In this document: piece after piece, positions 53,801-64,000 of the stretch
Layout of the letters: every line of letters begins with the position of its first letter
Numbering within the stretch: position 1 is the stretch's first letter
Assembly: GCA_964016885.1 (NCBI GenBank)
Contig: OZ024744.1
Coordinates: forward strand, 36,022,001-36,086,000
Direction of reading: 5' to 3'
Length of the DNA: 64,000 nt
Origin: Eledone cirrhosa
Lineage: Eukaryota
Translations under genes and position numbers: made by a program
The notes under the pieces: model-generated
Database searches by the model: none
What the model saw: the letters and a program-made list of their open reading frames with translations, nothing else
What the model was told of the DNA's origin: nothing

Positions 53801-56800
53801 GGAAAAGAAATTTCGTTTCATTTCTTCCGTTTATCGTTTTCGGTGCACTCGGCCGATTAACCCGCTCGATATGCAAATTGGGCTTCTTAGCTGTTAATAT
53901 GCATTAGTTAAGTATATACGTTCAACAATCTAGCAGGAAGGTATACGTTGCTGACGATAGCTAATAAACTTGAAACTAGTACAGCGTTTCTTTGTCAGTG
54001 TTGAACAAACGAACAACGATGGTTGCTGGACACTACGGCTTAATACGTGATGTTTGTTTACAAACATACCGAGCATTATAATAAATGTTCGGTGAATCCA
54101 TACGTACATATATATATATGTGTGTGCATGTATTTATATATATATATACATCCTATTGTACGTCTGTATACATATATGTATGTACGTCTACATACTTATA
54201 TTTAAGTAACAGCCGTACTAAGAGTGGGAAATGAAATTTCGTTTCATTTATTCCGTTAATCGTTTTCGGTGCACCTTGCCTATTAACCCACTCGATATGC
54301 AAATTGGGCTTCTCAGCTGTTCATATCCATAAGGTAAGTATATACGTTCAACAATCTGGCAGGAAGGTATACGTTGCTGACGATAGCTGATAAGCTTGAA
54401 ACTAGTACAGCGTTCCTTTGTCAGTTTTGAACAAACGAGCAACGATGGTTGCTGGACACTACGGCTTAATACGTGATGTTTGTTTACAAACAAACCGAGC
54501 ATTATAATTAATGTTCGGTGAATCCATACGTACATATATATATATGTGTGTGCATGTATGTATATATATATACATCCTATTGTACCTCTGTATACATATA
54601 AGTATGTACGTGTACATACTTATATTTAAGTAACAGCCGTACTAAGAGTGGGAAATGAAATTTCGTTTCATTTTTTCCGTTTATCGTTTTCGGTGCACCC
54701 GGCCGATTAACCTACTCGATATGCAAATTAGGCATCTCAGCTGTTAATATGCATAAGGTAAGTATATACGTTCAACAATTTGGCAGGAAAGTATACGTTG
54801 CTGACGATAGCTAATAAGCTTGAAACTAGTACAGCGTTCCTACGTCAGTGTTGAACAAACGAGCAGCGATGGTTGCTGGACACTACAGCTGAATACGTGA
54901 TGTTTGTTTACAAACACACCGAGCATTATAATGAATGTTCGGTGAATCCATAGGTACAGATATATATATGTGTGTGCATGTATGTATATATATATACATA
55001 CTATTGTACGTCTGTATACATATATGTATATACGTCTACATACTTATATTTAAGTAACAGCCGTACTAAGAGTAGGAAATGAAATTTCGTTTCATTTTTT
55101 CCGTTTATCGTTTTCGGTGCACCCGGCCGATTAACCCACTCGATATGCAAATTGGGCTTCTCAGCTGTTAATATGCATCAGGAAAGTATATACGTTCAAC
55201 AATCTGGCAGGAAGGTGTACGTTGTTGATGATAGCTAATAAGCTTGAAACTAGTACATCGTTCCTACGTCAGTGTTGAACAAACGAGCAACGATGGTTGC
55301 TGGACACTACGGCTTAATACGGGATGTTTGTTTACAAACACACCGAGCATTATAATAAATGTTCGGTGAATCCATACGTACAGATATATATATGTGTGTG
55401 CATGTATGTATATATATATACATACTATTGTACGTCTGTATACATATATGTATGTACGTGTACATACTTATATTTAAGTAACAGCCGTACTAAGAGTGGG
55501 AAATGAAATTTCGTTTCATTTTTTCCGTTTATCGTTTTCGGTGCACCCGGCCGATTAACCCACTCGATATGCAAATTGGGCTTCTCAGCTGTTAATATGC
55601 ATAAAGAAAGTATATACGTTCAACAATCTGGCAGGAAGGTATACGTTGTTGACGATAGCTAATAAGCTTGAAACTTGTACAGCGTTCCTACGTCAGTATT
55701 GAACAAACGAGCAACGATGGTTGCTGCACACTACGGCTTAATACGGGATGTTTGTTTACAAACACACCGAGCATTATAATAAATGTTCGGTGAATCCATA
55801 CGTACAAGTATATATATGTGTGTGCATGTATGTATATATATATACATACTATTGTACGTCTGTATACATATATGTATGTACGTGTACATACTTATATTTA
55901 AGTAACAGCCGTACTAAGAGTGGGAAATGAAATTTCGTTTCATTTTTCCGTTTATCGTTTTCGGTGCACCCGGCCGATTAACCCACTCGATATGCAAATT
56001 AGGCATCTCATCTGTTAATATGCATAAGGTAAGTATATACGTTCAACTATTTGGCAGGAAGGTATACGTTGCTGTTGATAGCTAATAAGCTTGAAACTAG
56101 TACAGCGTTGCTTTTGTCAGTTTTGTACAAACGAGCAACGATGGTTGCTGGACACTACGGCTTAATACGTGATGTTTGTTTACAAACAAACCGAGCATTA
56201 TAATAAATGTTCGGTGAATCCATACGTACATATATATATGTGTGCATGTATGTATATATATATACATCCTATTGTACGTCTGTATACATATATGTATGTA
56301 CGTCTACATACTTATATTTAAGTAACAGCCGTACTAAGAGTGGGAATTGAAATTTCGTTTCATTTTTCCGTTTATCGTTTTCGGTGCACCCGGCCGATTA
56401 AGCTGCTCGATATGCAAATTGGGCTTCTCAGCTGTTAATATGCATAAGGTAAGTATATACGTTCAACAATCTGGCAGGAAGGTATACGTTGCTGGCGATA
56501 GCTAATAAGCTTGAAACTAGTACAGAGTTCCTACGTCAGTGTTGAACAAACGAGCAACGATGGTTGCTGGACACTACGGCTTAATACGGGATGTTTGTTT
56601 ACAAACACATCGAGCATTATAATAAATGTTCGGTGAAACCATACGTTCATATATATATATATGTGTGCATGTATGTATATATATATACATCCTATTGCAC
56701 GTCTGTATACATATATGTATGTACGTCTACATACTTATATTTAAGTAATAGCCGTACTAAGAGTGCCAAATCAAATTTCGTTTCATTTTTTCCGTAACGT

Positions 56801-59800
56801 TTTCGGTGCACCCGGCCGATTAACCCACTCGATATGCAAATTAGGCATCTCAGCTGTTAATATGCATAAGGTAAGTATATACGTTCAACAATCTGGCAGG
56901 AAGTTATACGTTGCTGACGATAGCTAATAAGCTTGAAACTAGTACAGCGCTCCTTTGTCAGTGTTGAACAAACGAGCAACGATGGTTGCTGGACACTACG
57001 GCTGAATACGGGATGTTTGTTTACAAAGACACCGAGCATTATAATAAATGTTCGGTGAATCTATACGTAAATATATATATGTGTGCATGTATGCATATAT
57101 ATATACATACTACTGTACGTCTGTATACATATATGTATGTACGTCTACATACTTATATTTAAGTAACAGACGTACTAAGAGTGGGAAAAGAAATTTCGTT
57201 TCATTTCTTCCGTTTATCGTTTTCGGTGCACTCGGCCGATTAACCCGCTCGATATGCAAATTGGGCTTCTTAGCTGTTAATATGCATTAGTTAAGTATAT
57301 ACGTTCAACAATCTAGCAGGAAGGTATACGTTGCTGACGATAGCTAATAAACTTGAAACTAGTACAGCGTTTCTTTGTCAGTGTTGAACAAACGAACAAC
57401 GATGGTTGCTGGACACTACGGCTTAATACGTGATGTTTGTTTACAAACATACCGAGCATTATAATAAATGTTCGGTGAATCCATACGTACATATATATAT
57501 ATGTGTGTGCATGTATTTATATATATATACATCCTATTGTACGTCTGTATACATATATGTATGTACGTCTACATACTTATATTTAAGTAACAGCCGTACT
57601 AAGAGTGGGAATTGAAATTTCGTTTCATTTTTCCGTTTATCGTTTTCGGTGCACCCGGCCGATTAACCTGCTCGATATGCAAATTGGGCTTCTCAGCTGT
57701 TAATATGCATAAGGTAAGTATATACGTTCAACAATCTGGCAGGAAGGTATACGTTGCTGACGATAGCTAATAAGCTTGAAACTAGTACAGAGTTCCTACG
57801 TCAGTGTTGAACAAACGAGCAACGTTGGTTGCTGGACACTACGGCTTAATACGGGATGTTTGTTTACAAACACATCGAGCATTATAATAAATGTTCGGTG
57901 AAACCATACGTTCATATATATATATATGTGTGCATGTATGTATATATATATACATCCTATTGTACGTCTGTATACATATATGTATGTACGTCTACATACT
58001 TATATTTAAGTAATAGCCGTACTAAGAGTGCCAAATCAAATTTCGTTTCATTTTTTCCGTAACGTTTTCGGTGCACCCGGCCGATTAACCCACTCGATAT
58101 GCAAATTAGGCATCTCAGCTGTTAATATGCATAAGGTAAGTATATACGTTCAACAATCTGGCAGGAAGTTATACGTTGCTGACGATAGCTAATAAGCTTG
58201 AAACTAGTACAGCGCTCCTTTGTCAGTGTTGAACAAATGAGCAACGATGGTTGCTGGACACTACGGCTGAATACGGGATGTTTGTTTACAAAGACACCGA
58301 GCATTATAATAAATGTTCGGTGAATCTATACGTAAATATATATATGTGTGCATGTATGCATATATATATACATACTACTGTACGTCTGTATACATATATG
58401 TATGTACGTGTACATACTTATATTTAAGTAACAGCCGTACTAAGAGTGGGAAATGAAATTTCGTTTCATTTATTCCGTTAATCGTTTTCGGTGCACCTTG
58501 CCTATTAACCCACTCGATATGCAAATTGGGCTTCTCAGCTGTTCATATGCATAAGGTAAGTATATACGTTCAACAATCTGGCAGGAAGGTATACGTTGCT
58601 GACGATAGCTGATAAGCTTGAAACTAGTACAGCGTTCCTTTGTCAGTTTTGAACAAACGAGCAACGATGGTTGCTGGACACTACGGCTTAATACGTGATG
58701 TTTGTTTACAAACAAACCGAGCATTATAATTAATGTTCGGTGAATCCATACGTACATATATATATATGTGTGTGCATGTATGTATATATATATACATCCT
58801 ATTGTACCTCTGTATACATATAAGTATGTACGTGTACATACTTATATTTAAGTAACAGCCGTACTAAGAGTGGGAAATGAAATTTCGTTTCATTTTTTCC
58901 GTTTATCGTTTTCGGTGCACCCGGCCGATTAACCTACTCGATATGCAAATTAGGCATCTCAGCTGTTAATATGCATAAGGTAAGTATATACGTTCAACAA
59001 TTTGGCAGGAAAGTATACGTTGCTGACGATAGCTAATAAGCTTGAAACTAGTACAGCGTTCCTACGTCAGTGTTGAACAAACGAGCAGCGATGGTTGCTG
59101 GACACTACAGCTGAATACGTGATGTTTGTTTACAAACACACCGAGCATTATAATAAATGTTCGGTGAATCCATACGTACAGATATATATATGTGTGTGCA
59201 TGTATGTATATATATATACATACTATTGTACGTCTGTATACATATATGTATGTACGTGTACATACTTATATTTAAGTAACAGCCGTACTAAGAGTGGGAA
59301 ATGAAATTTCGTTTCATTTTTCCGTTTATCGTTTTCGGTGCACCCGGCCGATTAACCCACTCGATATGCAAATTAGGCATCTCATCTGTTAATATGCATA
59401 AGGTAAGTATATACGTTCAACTATTTGGCAGGAAGGTATACGTTGCTGTTGATAGCTAATAAGCTTGAAACTAGTACAGCGTTGCTTTTGTCAGTTTTGT
59501 ACAAACGAGCAACGATGGTTGCTGGACACTACGGCTTAATACGTGATGTTTGTTTACAAACAAACCGAGCATTATAATAAATGTTCGGTGAATCCATACG
59601 TACATATATATATGTGTGCATGTATGTATATATATATACATCCTATTGTACGTCTGTATACATATATGTATGTACGTCTACATACTTATATTTAAGTAAC
59701 AGCCGTACTAAGAGTGGGAATTGAAATTTCGTTTCATTTTTCCGTTTATCGTTTTCGGTGCACCCGGCCGATTAAGCTGCTCGATATGCAAATTGGGCTT

Positions 59801-61000
59801 CTCAGCTGTTAATATGCATAAGGTAAGTATATACGTTCAACAATCTGGCAGGAAGGTATACGTTGCTGGCGATAGCTAATAAGCTTGAAACTAGTACAGA
59901 GTTCCTACGTCAGTGTTGAACAAACGAGCAACGATGGTTGCTGGACACTACGGCTTAATACGGGATGTTTGTTTACAAACACATCGAGCATTATAATAAA
60001 TGTTCGGTGAAACCATACGTTCATATATATATATATGTGTGCATGTATGTATATATATATACATCCTATTGTACGTCTGTATACATATATGTATGTACGT
60101 CTACATACTTATATTTAAGTAATAGCCGTACTAAGAGTGCCAAATCAAATTTCGTTTCATTTTTTCCGTAACGTTTTCGGTGCACCCGGCCGATTAACCC
60201 ACTCGATATGCAAATTAGGCATCTCAGCTGTTAATATGCATAAGGTAAGTATATACGTTCAACAATCTGGCAGGAAGTTATACGTTGCTGACGATAGCTA
60301 ATAAGCTTGAAACTAGTACAGCGCTCCTTTGTCAGTGTTGAACAAACGAGCAACGATGGTTGCTGGACACTACGGCTGAATACGGGATGTTTGTTTACAA
60401 AGACACCGAGCATTATAATAAATGTTCGGTGAATCTATACGTAAATATATATATGTGTGCATGTATGCATATATATATACATACTACTGTACGTCTGTAT
60501 ACATATATGTATGTACGTCTACATACTTATATTTAAGTAACAGACGTACTAAGAGTGGGAAAAGAAATTTCGTTTCATTTCTTCCGTTTATCGTTTTCGG
60601 TGCACCCGGCCGATTAACCCGCTCGATATGCAAATTGGGCTTCTTAGCTGTTAATATGCATTAGTTAAGTATATACGTTCAACAATCTAGCAGGAAGGTA
60701 TACGTTGCTGACGATAGCTAATAAACTTGTAACTAGTACAGCGTTTCTTTGTCAGTGTTGAACAAACGAACAACGATGGTTGCTGGACACTACGGCTTAA
60801 TACGTGATGTTTGTTTACAAACATACCGAGCATTATAATAAATGTTCGGTGAATCCATACGTACATATATATATATGTGTGTGCATGTATTTATATATAT
60901 ATACATCCTATTGTACGTCTGTATACATATATGTATGTACGTCTACATACTTATATTTAAGTAACAGCCGTACTAAGAGTGGGAAAAGAAATTTCGTTTC
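50850..61000 (+). repeat. Higher-order repeat block with an 8-unit (~3384 bp) period plus partial copies
   Basis: Recurrences at 50864/54248, 51940/55324 and 53208/56591/59965, with shared rare variants such as gctgttgatag, aagctgctcg and tgccaaatcaaa. Confidence 0.85.
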
Positions 61001-61439
61001 ATTTTTTCCGTTTATCGTTTTCGGTGCACCCGGCCGATTAACCCACTCGATATGCAAATTGGGCTTCTCAGCTGTTAATATGCATAAGGTAAGTATATAC
61101 GTTCAACAATCTGGCAGGAAGGTTTACGTTGCTGACGATAGCTAATAAGCTTGAAACTAGTACACCGTTCCTTTGTCAGTGTTGAACAAACGAGCAACGA
61201 TGGTTGCTGGACACTACGGCTTAATACGGGATGTTTGTTTACAAACACACCGAGCATTATAATAAATGTTCAGTGAATCCATACGTACATATATATATAT
61301 GTGTGCATGTATGTATATATATATACTACTGTACGTCTGTATATATATATGTATGTACGTGTACATACTTATATTTAAGTAACAGCCGTACTAAGAGTGG
61401 GAAATGAAATTTCGTTTCATTTTTTTCGTTTATATATAT

Positions 61440-61706
61440 ATAGTTATGTAATAAACCACATAAGATAATTATTTCGTTTACCAGTGGTTTTTTGAAGGCA
61501 GATATTTATATCTGTCTTCAGTCGTCAGAACGAATAAATAAGTTTTATTTCTTCGTTCTGACGACTGAAGACAGATATAAATATCTGCCTTCAAAAAACC
61601 ACTGGTAAACGAAATAATTATCTTATGTTGTTTATTACATAACTATGTTCTGAAGCCTACATTGAGCACTCTCTTTTCCTTTACCTTTCTTACGGAAATA
61701 CTTCAT
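61440..61706. mobile_element. ~102-bp-arm palindrome with a one-sided ~59-nt tail between (TA)n tracts; probable short Penelope pLTR-type insertion
   Basis: Arms 61440-61541 and 61545-61646 (2 mismatches seen, loop gtt), tail 61647-61706. Same architecture as 4049-7460. No coding evidence. Confidence 0.55.
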
Positions 61707-61720
61707 ATATATATATATAT

Positions 61721-61972
61721 ATGAAGTATTTCCGTAAGAGTTTTCGGCTTGTATTGGCCGATAGTACTTCTTGTGGTTTTGATTGCCCTGATGACTCCTT
61801 AATAGGAGGAAACATTGTTGGCTAATAAAGACTTTTGATGTATTGAAGGCTTCTTTGTTTTATTTTCATAATTCTTCGGCTCTGTTTAATTACATTGAGC
61901 TATACATTTTACTGTCATTTCTATAATACGAAGAGGGTGTTTAACTCCAACACGCTCCAGTATTTTAATCCT
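61721..61972 (+). mobile_element. Probable solo Penelope-like pLTR fragment between (TA)n tracts
   Basis: Contains the minimal hammerhead and AATAAA, and is bounded by TA microsatellites at 61705-61722 and 61972-62011. Confidence 0.55.
61782..61829 (+). ncRNA. Minimal type I hammerhead ribozyme motif followed by AATAAA (Penelope pLTR-like)
   Basis: gcc-CTGATGA(61788-61794)-ctcct-taat-aggag-GAAAC-att-GTT-ggc-t-AATAAA. Confidence 0.8.
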
Positions 61973-62314
61973 TATATATATATATATATATATATATGCA
62001 TATATATATATAATTCTCCGTTGTTTACAAAACACAGCCCCTTCCCTTCAGTCAACTTCTGGAAACCCTTACAGTTTCGGTATATACACTATCGATTCCA
62101 GTGCACACGGAACAGTAGCAGGGCAAAACATGGAATCAAAATGTATCTTTCGACGAATTACACAAACAAATGCAAAATATGTGCTACAGACAGGTGTGTT
62201 TGAACTGAAAACGAAGTGATAAACATACCAATATACGGTGTGTAATTAACTTAGCCAAGAAATATAGTAAAATAAATAGGTTGGGCGTTAGTCCTGAGAC
62301 GCAATGGTATCGAG

Positions 62315-62481
62315 TAGGGTTTCCTAAACTTTTTCAAACACAAAACCCTTTTTGGTTCACAATTTATTTTCGGGAACCCTAAAGTTTAATACTGTTATAT
62401 GGTCGTAATATAAATATGCTCCTGCTCTTGTTTCACAGGAGAACAGATACTCGTTTGAGGAATCCACTTTGGGCACCACTG
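62315..62481. mobile_element. Degenerate hAT (Charlie-like) MITE, 167 bp
   Basis: Termini tagggtttcctaaac / ctttgggcaccactg resemble CAG(T/G)G(G/T)TTCCCAAA-type TIRs. Flanked by an 8-bp near-duplication, gtatcgag (62307-62314) / gtatagag (62482-62489). Confidence 0.6.
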
Positions 62482-62598
62482 GTATAGAGTGAGCGATGGC
62501 ACGTCCAGTCGCAGAAAGGGCTGTGGCCACGTATAAGGTGATGGAAGGAAGAGGAGTGGGTAGTGACTGGAGGAGGTGAATGAGGGGGAAAGAGGGAT

Positions 62599-62649
62599 TG
62601 TGTGTGTGTGTGAGAGAGCGAGAGCGAAAGAGATAGAGAGAAAGAAAGA

Positions 62650-62727
<78 letters not shown>
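62599..62727. repeat. (TG)n followed by (GA)n microsatellite
   Basis: Direct reading of the sequence. Confidence 0.95.
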
Positions 62728-62729
<2 letters not shown>

Positions 62730-62975
62730 CTGGGACTGAAGAGAGGAAAAGGAGGAGGTAGGTGATGTAAAATCTTCTTTTAGATAAGTGTTAAACGTCC
62801 TAAGACCGTATCAAATATCGAAAAAAGCAAAGAAAGGACCAGACAAAGAGAATGGAAAAAAGAGGGGCAGTCTGTCCCTATTTGTGGTCAGAAGAGAGCG
62901 ATATTTATATAGCATGGTAATGGGTTGGCCGTTCTTTGTATTTAAATAAGCAACGATATTGTTGTGGTCAAAGGT

Positions 62976-63338
62976 ACAAACAAACACACTCACACACACA
63001 GAGACAGACACAGCAACACACACAGAGACACACACACAGAGACACACACACAGACACACACATGCAGACACACACACATACACACACACAGATACAGACA
63101 CACACACACAGATTCACACATATACACACACATACACATACACACACATATACACACACATATATATACACACACACATACACATACATACACACACATA
63201 CACACAGACATACATACACACATACACACACACACATACACACGCACAGACACACTCATACATACACACTACACACACATATGCACACATACATACATAC
63301 ACATACATACACACACAGACACACACACACATACACAG

Positions 63339-63373
<35 letters not shown>

Positions 63374-63375
63374 CA
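62976..63375. repeat. Degenerate (CA)n / CATA / CAGA compound microsatellite
   Basis: Direct reading; it explains the HT/VC-rich pseudo-ORFs. Confidence 0.95.
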
Positions 63376-63470
63376 TTGTCAAAGCTCTTTCATTTTGTGA
63401 CCTCCTCAGTGACTAGTTTTTTTTGTGTCCCTCCTTTGTTTTGTTTTACGCTATCTTGTTTATATATATA

Positions 63471-63500
63471 CTAGCAGAATGGTCCGGCGTTGCTCGGGAT
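63471..63500 (-). mobile_element. Helitron-like 3' terminus (GC-rich hairpin then CTAG); the body probably extends rightwards
   Basis: The minus strand reads cccgagcaacgccgg-accattctg-CTAG|t into (TA)n, which is the established Helitron 3' signature. The 5' end was not located. Confidence 0.6.
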
Positions 63501-64000
63501 TCTAAACATAGATTGGAATGTTTATCCCCCTTTTCAGAAACAGTTTCGTCGTCGTATGTTCACCAATTGATGCAGAAGTCCTATTGAAGTGAAGTCACCA
63601 TGGGTGAATAGGCAAATAATTTTCCATTAAGATTTTTCAAAAGCATGTAATTGCGTTCCCTCTCTTTTTTGTTGTTGTTTTTGCTGCTGTGGAGCCTCGT
63701 GAAATAAATACGTTTGTTTATATTTTGTTATTGTGCATGCAAAAATATCTGTACACGAATATATAATTATATATATATATATATATATATAGTAATAATA
63801 ATAAATTTCAAGACTAAAATTCAAAGAGGGCTCGATAAGGATAAATATATATCAAATATATAAGAACCGTAGAGCAAACATTTATTAAAATAACAGATTA
63901 AAGTTTGAGCAAAGAATCGCTGCTTTCACCCTTAACCGGATCTTCTGAAACTAACAAAGTCAATCTGTAAACGCAGAAGTGGATATTTCAAAAACGTTGC

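Larger units (their letters stand above)
1..61430 (+). repeat. Tandem array of ~420-bp hammerhead-containing units (retrozyme-like satellite), ~135-140 copies, interrupted at 4049-7460; runs off the left window edge
   Basis: The unit ggcttctcagctgttaatatgcataaggtaag...cccactcgatatgcaaatt recurs every ~416-426 bp (e.g. 2, 423, 843, 1247, 1667). Copy number is estimated from length/period. The last unit is truncated at ...ttttttcgtttat near 61430. Confidence 0.98.

Noticed and set aside
348-61257. Dozens of 60-126 aa ORFs in the tandem array
   Set aside because: They occur in all frames and on both strands, shift with microsatellite length, are YI/VC-rich and show no domain; they are by-products of the repeat.
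1-61430. CRISPR array or prokaryotic repeat system
   Set aside because: There are no unique spacers, whole 420-bp units repeat, no cas genes are present and the context is eukaryotic.
1-61430. 5S rRNA, tRNA, snRNA or histone tandem gene cluster
   Set aside because: No recognisable 5S, tRNA cloverleaf with A/B boxes, U snRNA or histone sequence in the unit; no convincing Sm site for an SL RNA.
61558-61625. CTGACGA / CTGAAGA ... GAAATAATTATC as another hammerhead
   Set aside because: Stem II does not close next to GAAA and no stem I pairing was found.
62576-63474. RE-, HT- and VC-repeat ORFs
   Set aside because: Translations of (GA)n and (CA)n microsatellites.

Overview
Animal (probably invertebrate) genomic DNA with no host genes. 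About 58 kb is a head-to-tail array of roughly 135-140 copies of a ~420-bp unit (1-~61430). Each unit carries, on the + strand, a type I hammerhead ribozyme motif (acgttg-CTGACGA-tagctaataagctt-GAAAC-TA-GTA-cagcgt) with a palindromic ACTAGT stem III and a long extended stem I, and the rest of the unit is also rich in hairpins. It therefore looks like a non-LTR retrozyme or ribozyme satellite amplified into a very large array, with higher-order repeats and many catalytically mutated copies. A young, 5'-truncated Penelope-like retroelement (RT C-terminal part plus GIY-YIG endonuclease) is inserted in the (TA)n tract of one unit as a 3.4-kb near-perfect palindrome (4049-7460). The array ends at a cluster of further palindromes and a different minimal hammerhead (61440-61975). 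After that come a hAT-type MITE, microsatellites and a Helitron-like 3' end. Nearly all short ORFs in the track are artefacts of the repeats.
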